From an uncultured virus (IMG/VR IMGVR_UViG_3300030106_006393) (lineage: Duplodnaviria > Heunggongvirae > Uroviricota > Caudoviricetes): 20,000 bases of DNA. The translations under genes and the position numbers were made by a program. Below the pieces are notes generated by a model. The model did not search any database. It was not told where the DNA came from and was given only the letters and a program-made list of their open reading frames with translations. The stretch covers positions 51,448-71,447 of the IMG/VR virus record IMGVR_UViG_3300030106_006393; one strand, 5' to 3'. This document shows positions 9,031 to 16,251 of this stretch, in pieces. Numbering within the stretch: the first letter of the stretch is position 1; every line of letters starts with the position of its first letter.

Positions 9031-9358
9031 ATATAAATACGGCCAAGAAGGTAAAAAGATTGTCTTCCAAGATTTAGACAAGAGGCACGCAGATTTGAAG
9101 ATCAGGCTTAGGCATGACGGCCTGACACAGATCCAGTTTTTCCAGTCGATAATGACGGGCTATATAGAGAACGACCCACGATTGATAGATTTCATCACGG
9201 ACGTCAAGATCGATCTTGCCCGACAAGGAAAGACAAGGATCAAAAAGACTCGCAATTTGATAGAAGAGGGAGAGCAGGTCAAGAGGCTTTTTCTTTTCGA
9301 TGACAGCGAACAGGAAGAGATCTTCGACATGATAGCAAAGGAGTTTCCAGATTTATGA
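9020..9358 (+). CDS. Hypothetical protein, possible ribbon-helix-helix DNA-binding N-terminus
   Basis: KKIVFQ strand followed by two helices (DKRHADLKIRLRHDG-LTQIQFFQSIMTGY); overlaps both neighbours. Confidence 0.55.
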   Translation: MEDKYKYGQEGKKIVFQDLDKRHADLKIRLRHDGLTQIQFFQSIMTGYIENDPRLIDFITDVKIDLARQGKTRIKKTRNLIEEGEQVKRLFLFDDSEQEEIFDMIAKEFPDL

Positions 9359-9603
9359 GCGATGGCTTGACAGAGTGCGCAAGAAAGTGTTATAATGAAA
9401 ACAAACCTTGCGGAGAAACAGGATGCAGAAAATGGATAGACTATGAAGAGGACAATAACTGTTGTTTAATCTCAATAAGGAATAATGGCGGCGATAAGCT
9501 AACATTAGCAGAGACAGGAAAGAGAATCGGACTCAGTTTTGTTAGAGTCCGACAAATTGAACAAAGGGCACTAGAGAAACTTTCCAAATATTGCGAAAAA
9601 TAA
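9355..9603 (+). CDS. Cys-rich protein with stand-alone sigma70 region-4 HTH
   Basis: LTLAETGKRIGLSFVRVRQIEQRALEKL matches sigma70 region 4.2 (TLEEVG...VTRERIRQIEAKALRKL). Six Cys in the N-terminal 37 residues. Confidence 0.85.
   Translation: MSDGLTECARKCYNENKPCGETGCRKWIDYEEDNNCCLISIRNNGGDKLTLAETGKRIGLSFVRVRQIEQRALEKLSKYCEK
9367..9396 (+). promoter_or_regulatory. Sigma70-type promoter inside the sigma-4 gene
   Basis: TTGACA (9367-9372), 18 nt, TATAAT (9391-9396), with extended -10 TGt. Confidence 0.55.
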
Positions 9604-9625
9604 TCTCTTTTTTGCTCCTAATAGC

Positions 9626-9634
9626 ACTATTTAT
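9626..9634 (+). promoter_or_regulatory. Putative phage late-promoter motif ACTATTTAT
   Basis: The same ACTAnTTA core occurs in four intergenic regions (9626, 11727, 14719, 17820). Confidence 0.65.
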
Positions 9635-9698
9635 TAATGAAATATAGTGTAAAATATCTTTTTTATAACTTTTTTACAAACACCTAGGAGAAACCATA

Positions 9699-10346
9699 AT
9701 GAGTAAAAAGACACTACTTAAGGAAAATACAATCCGTAGATTCTGGAAGCTTTCCGGAATTACGCCTGTTAACGAGATGGCAGCAAAGTTTGCCAGAGAC
9801 GAGGACGAGGACGAAGAAGCCATTGAAGAAGGCGGCGGCTACAAGCCTGGCGGTGATTGGGAATCAGACCCTTTCCGAGTTGATCAGGAAGAGGACGAGC
9901 CAATGGAAGAGATGGCGCCAGCCCTCAGAGACGAGGAAGAGCCTATGCAGGAGGAAGAAGAGGGTGAAATGCCCGAGCCTGCAATGGACGAGCCTGCAGA
10001 GCCTGAAATGGACATGGACATGGGCGACGACGCTGCTGAAGGCGGAGACGTAGAGGCTGAGGTCTCGATCCCAGAGTCTGATGTTGACGCACTTAGAACT
10101 GCTCGTGACGTGATTGACCAGATCCTCGGAGCTAGCGATGAGGGTGCCGGCGAGCTGGACATGGGCGGCGACGAAGAGGTCGCTGATCTCCCAGCTCCTG
10201 AGCCAGAGGCAGAAGAGGAAGAGGAGCCACTTATGGAGCTTGATATCGACAACGATCAGCTTAATGAAGTTCTCGACCGAATCACATCCCGCGTTACAAA
10301 GCGAATCCTCAAAGAGGCTCTCGCTAAAAAGTTGACAAAAAACTAA
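9699..10346 (+). CDS. Highly acidic protein, probable prohead scaffold / internal head protein
   Basis: E/D/P/M-rich core, amphipathic termini (LLKENTIRRFWKLSGI; RVTKRILKEAL), repeated hydrophobic-x-E motifs, TAGGAG SD, upstream ACTAnTTA motif. Confidence 0.6.
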   Translation: MSKKTLLKENTIRRFWKLSGITPVNEMAAKFARDEDEDEEAIEEGGGYKPGGDWESDPFRVDQEEDEPMEEMAPALRDEEEPMQEEEEGEMPEPAMDEPAEPEMDMDMGDDAAEGGDVEAEVSIPESDVDALRTARDVIDQILGASDEGAGELDMGGDEEVADLPAPEPEAEEEEEPLMELDIDNDQLNEVLDRITSRVTKRILKEALAKKLTKN

Positions 10347-10353
10347 TTTGTCA

Positions 10354-10382
10354 TTGACATAACAGCTGAAAGACTGTAATAT
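10354..10382 (+). promoter_or_regulatory. Sigma70-type promoter, likely leaderless transcript
   Basis: TTGACA (10354-10359), 17 nt, TAATAT (10377-10382). ATG 10389 sits at the expected +1 and has no SD. Confidence 0.7.
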
Positions 10383-10388
10383 ATAAAT

Positions 10389-10781
10389 ATGTTGACTTAC
10401 TTAATATGGTTTCTGGCCGGTGCCCTAGCGCACCGGCTGCTATCCTTTTTTCTTGCTGTTCGCTTAGAAAAGCATATCATTTCACAAACATTGTTGATTA
10501 CGGGAAAACTGTTCAAAGCTATTTCTATTGATATAGAAAGAATCCTGGCGTTTAAGCACGACGCTATTAAATACTCGGATCTCCCGGATCAGATTATCAA
10601 AAAGACTATTGACTCTGACAGGGAGTTTATCGCCAAGTGGCAGATGCTTCTTTTCACTACGGTGGCGATGACAATACCAACAAAATACATTAAAACTATT
10701 CCAAATTACATTTGGGACGAAAGAATTGATCTGAATAGCATAGTTACAAAGCTGGAGGAAGAAAACAATGAACAATATTGA
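10389..10781 (+). CDS. Hypothetical protein with N-terminal membrane anchor
   Basis: Hydrophobic MLTYLIWFLAGALAHRLLSFFLAV start; 130 aa. Confidence 0.7.
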   Translation: MLTYLIWFLAGALAHRLLSFFLAVRLEKHIISQTLLITGKLFKAISIDIERILAFKHDAIKYSDLPDQIIKKTIDSDREFIAKWQMLLFTTVAMTIPTKYIKTIPNYIWDERIDLNSIVTKLEEENNEQY

Positions 10782-11073
10782 GTTAAGCGCCTGGGGTGAA
10801 AAGAACGACACAGACGATCTAATCACTTACAAGGTCCAAGCGAAGTTGAAAGGCAAGAGGCAACTGAATTCCCTAATGAAGGAGTTTAGTGGCTGGAAAC
10901 AAGCAGGCGAGGGCTATGACCCGAACAATGAGAAGACGATTATCTTGATGATGCGAACTTTTGAGAACAAGAAGTCGTGGATGAAGTTTGCTAACGATCT
11001 TCCATTTTTGGTGGAAGAGTTTAATCCAAGAACAGGAAAAAAGAAGGTAATCAATGGAAAAAGAAGAAAATAA
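10768..11073 (+). CDS. Hypothetical basic protein
   Basis: 101-aa ORF with GGAGG SD, overlapping both neighbours. Confidence 0.7.
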   Translation: MNNIELSAWGEKNDTDDLITYKVQAKLKGKRQLNSLMKEFSGWKQAGEGYDPNNEKTIILMMRTFENKKSWMKFANDLPFLVEEFNPRTGKKKVINGKRRK

Positions 11074-11725
11074 CGAAGAGGGAGTAGATCTTGAATCGCT
11101 CCCTATGCAGTATGATGATCGACAAATCGTAATCATCAACAATATTGACCAGCCGGCAGGAGAGGGTATTCGTACATTCTCTCTGTATGGGGACGTCAAC
11201 GAAAAGATGTGTGCAGAAGCCGTGTCAACACTGCTGTACCTCAAGGACACAGCAAGCAGTGTGGCGTACGAAGATCCAGAAGACCCAGATTCTGAGCTGG
11301 TGCACACAACAAAACCTATTAAGATGCTAATCTCTACACAAGGAGGCAGCGCATCTGAAATGTTCTCTCTTTATGATACGATGAGGTTCGTAAAGGAGAC
11401 TTGCGATATAGAAACTCTCGGAGTCGGAAAGGTTATGTCTGCTGGCGTTCTTATCTTTGCTGCGGGAACCAAAGGCAAGAGAAAGATTGGAGCAAACTGC
11501 AGAGTCATGATCCATAGTGTTATGGGTGGTTTCGGAGGAAACATCCACAGCATGGAAAATGAGATAGCCGAAGTAAGATGGATTCAGGACCAGTACATCA
11601 AGTGCCTTGCGAAAGAATCGAAGCTTACAGAGGCAAAGATTAGAAAGATGCTAAAGAGGCAGGTTGATGTATATCTCTCTGCAGAGGAAGCGGTTGAATT
11701 TGGCATAGCCGATGAGATAGTGTAA
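11054..11725 (+). CDS. clpP: ClpP family serine protease
   Basis: ISTQGGS (INSPGGS-like), YDTMRFV, catalytic Ser in VMSAG, AAGTKGKR, His in VMIH, Asp in VDVYLSAEEAVEFGIADEI. Confidence 0.93.
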   Translation: MEKEENNEEGVDLESLPMQYDDRQIVIINNIDQPAGEGIRTFSLYGDVNEKMCAEAVSTLLYLKDTASSVAYEDPEDPDSELVHTTKPIKMLISTQGGSASEMFSLYDTMRFVKETCDIETLGVGKVMSAGVLIFAAGTKGKRKIGANCRVMIHSVMGGFGGNIHSMENEIAEVRWIQDQYIKCLAKESKLTEAKIRKMLKRQVDVYLSAEEAVEFGIADEIV

Positions 11726-11726
11726 C

Positions 11727-11735
11727 ACTAATTAT
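11727..11735 (+). promoter_or_regulatory. Putative late-promoter motif ACTAATTAT
   Basis: Repeated intergenic motif followed by AAGGAG SD and ATG 11755. Confidence 0.65.
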
Positions 11736-11754
11736 ACTAAAAGGAGAACAGTTT

Positions 11755-13074
11755 ATGTCTGGTTTTGACGATTTATTTGAAACATACAAGAAAAAGCACA
11801 GCGTTCAAGACGTCTTGTTTGAGATGGTGGAAAAGGCTCTGCAAGATAGTTCGCTGGTGATGGAGCAAGATGAGCCTTCTGCAGGCCGAAAGTTCATGAT
11901 GGTTATTCCCAGGATCTCACCGTCAGAAGCTTGGGGTGACCCAAATTCAATGGAAAGAGAACAGGTCAATGAGATCTTCAAAGTAGTTAGAGGTGGTGCG
12001 AGTATATCTGCGCGTATCCAATCTCTAAATGATTATCTGGATCCAGCAAAAGCAAAGCGTAAGCGCTCACCACGAGTTATTATCAACAATATGATCATCC
12101 TAGAGAGCCTCAAGGCTGCACTCAATCACTTCAGTGAATCGGCTGCTGGGTTTGTTCTTGAAGCTTTCATGGCAGCACTTACTGGAGGTTTCCAGCAGGC
12201 AGAAAGAGTCGGAGGAACTTTGCCGATAGAAGACTTCGTTGCCTTCACGGAGTTCGGTGGCACACCTACTGCTGTAAGTTTGAAGCTTTTGCAAAAGACC
12301 ACACAAATCAAAGGTAGTTTTACAAACCTTGTGGACTATCTTTTTGTTAGGGGCGAGCCAAGCATAAAGTATCTGGTGGCTTACAAGAATGCAAAGTCCA
12401 ACATAGAGAGTCTGGATATTTATGATTTCACAATTTCAAGAGATAACCTTGTATCTTTCATTGTTGCCGGCGCGGAAAATCCACATGCTAGTCTTTTGGG
12501 CGGGACTGATTTGGCCAAGCTGCAAAACGTATTGAGCAATGGCACCATAGAAGAGGTGGCAATCGCAGTCACTGAGTTGCCAGGATACACAAAAGCTGGC
12601 AAGCTAAACGCGGTAGCAAAGCAGGCAAAGGAGGCAGCAGCTGCAGCCCAAGCAGATACGCAGCCAGTGCCAGCGGAAACAGAGCCAGCTCCTGTGGCAG
12701 AGTCTTTCCACGAAGCTGAAAAGCAAATGATGTCAAAAGAGATACTTTTGGAAGAATCAGGAAAAAAGGGAGCATCACAGTGGAAGGTAAGTTTTACTAT
12801 GTTGAAGAACCTTGAAACTGTAGATTTGGTCCACCATGGAGAGCTAGACATGTCAGAGGCAAAGGTTATGGAAATCGCAGAGATATACGCCAAGACGTTG
12901 GGAGACCAAATCATAAACCTTATGGAGTCTGTCCAGTCTCTCACTGGAAACATCGGTGATTACTTCTCTGAGCGCCTAAGATCTAACGCAATCTCTGCCG
13001 GAAGAGATGCATCTAAGGACGCAGAAGAAATAAAAACCAACTTGGAAGGTCAACTTTCTGAAGAAGACACTTGA
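11755..13074 (+). CDS. Hypothetical 439-aa protein, possible PD-(D/E)xK nuclease-like domain, probable virion protein
   Basis: GFVLEAFMAAL...LPIEDF...AVSLKLL resembles the E...D...SxK restriction-endonuclease fold. Helical termini with LVME/VAE/LLEE motifs; upstream late motif. Confidence 0.5.
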   Translation: MSGFDDLFETYKKKHSVQDVLFEMVEKALQDSSLVMEQDEPSAGRKFMMVIPRISPSEAWGDPNSMEREQVNEIFKVVRGGASISARIQSLNDYLDPAKAKRKRSPRVIINNMIILESLKAALNHFSESAAGFVLEAFMAALTGGFQQAERVGGTLPIEDFVAFTEFGGTPTAVSLKLLQKTTQIKGSFTNLVDYLFVRGEPSIKYLVAYKNAKSNIESLDIYDFTISRDNLVSFIVAGAENPHASLLGGTDLAKLQNVLSNGTIEEVAIAVTELPGYTKAGKLNAVAKQAKEAAAAAQADTQPVPAETEPAPVAESFHEAEKQMMSKEILLEESGKKGASQWKVSFTMLKNLETVDLVHHGELDMSEAKVMEIAEIYAKTLGDQIINLMESVQSLTGNIGDYFSERLRSNAISAGRDASKDAEEIKTNLEGQLSEEDT

Positions 13075-13099
13075 CAAACCATCAATTAATGCTTATAAT
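13071..13099 (+). promoter_or_regulatory. Consensus sigma70 promoter for groEL
   Basis: TTGACA (13071-13076), 17 nt, TATAAT (13094-13099), then GAGGAG SD and ATG 13123. Confidence 0.88.
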
Positions 13100-13122
13100 A
13101 TATAAAAGAAAGTGAGGAGTTA

Positions 13123-14691
13123 ATGTCAAAGCATTTTTCGTCTAAGGAAGAACTACACAATAAAATTTTAACAGGGGTCAACACACTAGCAGATAACGTT
13201 GCATCGACTCTAGGACCCAGAGGTCGCAATGTTATCCTTCAAGAAAAGGGCAAGATGCCCATCATTACAAAGGATGGAGTTACGGTCGCAAAGTTTGTAG
13301 ACCTCGAAGATCCCTTCGAGAACGCAGGCGCACAGATCGTCAAGCAAGCATCAGCAAAGACAAACGTCGATGCTGGTGATGGCACAACTACTTCTACTGT
13401 TTTGACCCGAGCCATCTTTCGTGAGGCGTGGGATCATATCGAACAAGGCGCAAGCCCAACAGAACTGAGAAGAGGCATTGACAAAGCAGTATCAGCTACT
13501 GTTTTTGCTTTAGAGGAGAAGGCTCGACCTGTGGCAAGTGCGGATGACATCTCGCACATTGCGACAATCTCAGCCAACAACGATAAGAGCATTGGAGACC
13601 TCATTGCCCTTGCGGTCGACAAGGTGGGAAAGGATGGATCTATCACGATCGAAGAGGCCAACTCTTTGGACACTGCTCTAGATCTAGTAGAAGGCTTCAG
13701 GTTTGATTCAGGCTACGCTGCATCTGCGTTCGTGACCGATACGCGCCGAGCGATTACCCGTCACGAAAAGCCAATGTTTCTGATTACAGACTCTAGAATT
13801 GAAGCTGTTGATCAGATTCTCCCCTCTTTGGAGATTGCCGCTCGCGAGGCTCGACCTCTTATTATCATTGCAGATGAGATCGAAGGCCAGGCCCTGGCAG
13901 CCCTAATCATGAACACGGTTCGTGGTTCTATGAAAGTCGCTGCAATTAAGGCTCCGAGATACGGGGAAGCAAGAAGGCAGATCATGTCAGACTTGGCTAT
14001 CGCAACAAACGGAAAGTATTTCCAACGTGCGTCTGGTGATGATATCAAGCAAGTTTCATTAATTGACTTTGGCACTGCCAAGACTATCGAAATCACCAAA
14101 AACATGACAACGATCGTAGACGGTGGTGGCTTACACATTGAAATTGATGAAAGGATCCAAGAGATCAAAGAGACTCTCGATCAGACTGATTCAATGTACG
14201 AATGTGAACAGCTCCAAGAGCGAATCACAAGACTGTCTTCAGGTATTGCGATCATCAGAGTTGGGGCGGCAACACAGATTGACATGATTGAAAAGAAGCA
14301 CAGAATCGAAGACGCTCTAGAGGCAGTTCGCTCTGCACAAATGGAGGGAATCATTCCTGGCGGCGGTGTTATGCTGTACAGGATCTCCAAGAAGCTCGAT
14401 GTCGGCACTGATTCTAAGGAGCAGTCCTTGGGTGTGGACATTGTAAAGAGGGCTCTCTGCGCACCACTACAGATGATGGCACAGAACTCAGGTATGGAAT
14501 GGCAAGAGGTTGCCTCAAAGATCGATGACGCAAAGAATGAAGACACAGGAGTCAACTTCCTTACGGGGGAGACAGCAAATCTTTTGGAAGCTGGAGTAAT
14601 CGATCCTGTGAAGGTGACCCGATGTGCTCTCCAGAACGCTGCATCTGTGGCGGGAACTCTGATAACAACAAATTATGCCATTATTGAGTAA
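13123..14691 (+). CDS. groEL: Group I chaperonin (GroEL/Cpn60), phage-type, no GGM tail
   Basis: TLGPRGRNV, ITKDGVTVAK, AGDGTTT, KAPRYG, LQERITRL, RIEDAL, PGGG, GVIDPVKVTR motifs; 522 aa. Confidence 0.97.
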   Translation: MSKHFSSKEELHNKILTGVNTLADNVASTLGPRGRNVILQEKGKMPIITKDGVTVAKFVDLEDPFENAGAQIVKQASAKTNVDAGDGTTTSTVLTRAIFREAWDHIEQGASPTELRRGIDKAVSATVFALEEKARPVASADDISHIATISANNDKSIGDLIALAVDKVGKDGSITIEEANSLDTALDLVEGFRFDSGYAASAFVTDTRRAITRHEKPMFLITDSRIEAVDQILPSLEIAAREARPLIIIADEIEGQALAALIMNTVRGSMKVAAIKAPRYGEARRQIMSDLAIATNGKYFQRASGDDIKQVSLIDFGTAKTIEITKNMTTIVDGGGLHIEIDERIQEIKETLDQTDSMYECEQLQERITRLSSGIAIIRVGAATQIDMIEKKHRIEDALEAVRSAQMEGIIPGGGVMLYRISKKLDVGTDSKEQSLGVDIVKRALCAPLQMMAQNSGMEWQEVASKIDDAKNEDTGVNFLTGETANLLEAGVIDPVKVTRCALQNAASVAGTLITTNYAIIE

Positions 14692-14718
14692 TTGTTGTAG
14701 ACTAACTGAGTTGTGAAT

Positions 14719-14727
14719 ACTAGTTAG
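14719..14727 (+). promoter_or_regulatory. Putative late-promoter motif ACTAGTTAG
   Basis: ACTAnTTA core 30 nt before ATG 14749, followed by GGAGG SD. Confidence 0.5.
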
Positions 14728-14748
14728 GTTACGGAGGGCTCTAGCATC

Positions 14749-15000
14749 ATGGATAACAGCGACATTAAGATTAAACTTGATAGACTTTGTACTGGAATTG
14801 AGACTGTGAAGGACAAGCAAGAGGAAATGGCAGAGGACATCGGGAAGATCAAGGAAGCTGTATATAACCCGGATGAGGGTCTTTATGCCCGTCTCCGAGC
14901 CCTTGAGGCGTGGCAGGCTACATCTTCCAAGATGATCTGGACCCTTTTCACCACTGTTGTTGGCCTCGTAGGCGCTTTTGTTCTAAAGTCTCTCGGCTAA
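14749..15000 (+). CDS. Coiled-coil protein with C-terminal TM helix (XhlA/holin-like architecture)
   Basis: N-terminal coiled coil, ARLRALE, then MIWTLFTTVVGLVGAFVL. Confidence 0.6.
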   Translation: MDNSDIKIKLDRLCTGIETVKDKQEEMAEDIGKIKEAVYNPDEGLYARLRALEAWQATSSKMIWTLFTTVVGLVGAFVLKSLG

Positions 15001-15014
15001 AGAAAGGCGGATTT

Positions 15015-15440
15015 GTGTCACTGCAAAAGGAACAGATAATTAACAGTTTAAAAACAATCGAGAGTTTCCTGTATCAGGAACATTCTGTTGAGGTGGAGTA
15101 TTCCCCAGACCACAAAGACGTATACTATCAAGACATATCAAGAATAGAAATTAATTCTAGACAAAATTACAATAGTCGACTTAATAGCTTGCTTCACGAG
15201 GCAGGACATGTTATGATAAGATCAGAAGTTGATTGGGAAAGCAAGCGATTCCCATACATGAAGGATCAGGGATCACTTATCAGGGGCAACATTAGTCACA
15301 GGGTAGATGTCTTGCGAGAGGAAGTTATGGCCTGGGAAGAGGCAAAGAAGCTAGTGAACTATCTATCTCTAGAAGTGGATGAAGAGTTGTTTGCGCGGCA
15401 CAGGACAGCTGCGCTTAAATCTTATATTGATTGGGTGTAA
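15015..15440 (+). CDS. HExxH zinc metallopeptidase (ImmA/IrrE-like)
   Basis: LLHEAGH plus downstream EEVMAW helix. Probable GTG start at 15015 after AAGGCGG (track start 14910). Confidence 0.7.
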   Translation: MSLQKEQIINSLKTIESFLYQEHSVEVEYSPDHKDVYYQDISRIEINSRQNYNSRLNSLLHEAGHVMIRSEVDWESKRFPYMKDQGSLIRGNISHRVDVLREEVMAWEEAKKLVNYLSLEVDEELFARHRTAALKSYIDWV

Positions 15441-15442
15441 AC

Positions 15443-15733
15443 ATGAAAGTAAAAATAACATATACGGTCGACCTTGCGGAGGTCCCGGAAAAAGCAGATC
15501 CCCTTTTGAAGGAAGCTGCAGCCGCAACGAAAGAGATCTCTAAAAGGGTAGCCTCTCTTGGAGAACTAAAGAGTGAATCTATAGAGAAGTGCCTAAAGGA
15601 GATTGCAGATATCAGGTCGATCTTGATGAACGTCGACTTTGCACTTGATGACTGCGACTCAATGTTGACGGGATATCTTCGAGCATTGACGGACGGTCCG
15701 TCGTACCCTGAACTACCAAACGAGGAAGGATAA
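15443..15733 (+). CDS. Hypothetical helical protein
   Basis: ATG 15443 (MKVKITYTVDL) just after the previous stop; track start 15431. Confidence 0.7.
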   Translation: MKVKITYTVDLAEVPEKADPLLKEAAAATKEISKRVASLGELKSESIEKCLKEIADIRSILMNVDFALDDCDSMLTGYLRALTDGPSYPELPNEEG

Positions 15734-15734
15734 A

Positions 15735-16001
15735 ATGATTAAGCTACAAGAAGTTGTTTCAGTCGTAGCGAGTGACGACTGGAGAAACCGATACAAATAC
15801 GAAGTTAGGGACATTTTTGTTAATCCTGAGCACATACAGTACATCAGACCTAACAAAAGCAGACAACTGGTTGAGTCCCTCGCAAGCGCACACGGAAACT
15901 ACTGTAATATCTGGATTCAAGGAAGAGAGATGACGGTGGTGGGGACACTAGACGAGCTACAAAAGAGGTTGTTTAGTGGCAAGGGTCTGCTGCATGATTG
16001 A
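15735..16001 (+). CDS. FlbD/SwrD-like small beta protein
   Basis: MIKL...IFVNPEHIQYIR...IWIQGREMTVVGTLDELQKRL parallels the FlbD pattern MIKLT..NxxxIxxIE..TxI...G...V.ES.EEV. Confidence 0.5.
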   Translation: MIKLQEVVSVVASDDWRNRYKYEVRDIFVNPEHIQYIRPNKSRQLVESLASAHGNYCNIWIQGREMTVVGTLDELQKRLFSGKGLLHD

Positions 16002-16251
16002 TCAATTCAGTAGATACTTTATTTACGGAAGACAAAGCTGTCCATTTTGTAGGGACGCTGTCGACTTCCTCAAGGCCAAGAATAAGGAAAGTGTTTTCTT
16101 TGACTTCTCAGAGGACCCTGAAGCGATTGAGGATGCAAAGAACTTCTACAACAGAACAACCGTGCCAATTATTCTGGAAAACAACCGATCCTCTGGAGAT
16201 ACAAAACTAATCGGAGGATACACAGATCTAGTGGAGTATTTCAATGATTAA
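15994..16251 (+). CDS. Glutaredoxin
   Basis: IYGRQSCPFC active site, TTVP and IGGYTDL motifs; likely ATG 15994. Confidence 0.93.
   Translation: MIDQFSRYFIYGRQSCPFCRDAVDFLKAKNKESVFFDFSEDPEAIEDAKNFYNRTTVPIILENNRSSGDTKLIGGYTDLVEYFND

Noticed and set aside
9621..9652. CIRCE-like TAGCACT...AGTGTAA inverted repeat
   Set aside because: Arms and spacing do not fit TTAGCACTC-N9-GAGTGCTAA, and it is not upstream of a chaperone gene.
9790..10260. GAGCC/GAAGAG/GACGAG short repeats as a CRISPR or tandem array
   Set aside because: Irregular and explained by Glu/Asp/Pro codons of a low-complexity protein; no constant repeat-spacer period.
10382..10389. T4 late promoter TATAAATA
   Set aside because: Only one occurrence noticed; it overlaps the ATG and the sigma70 discriminator, leaving no room for a transcript that includes the start codon.
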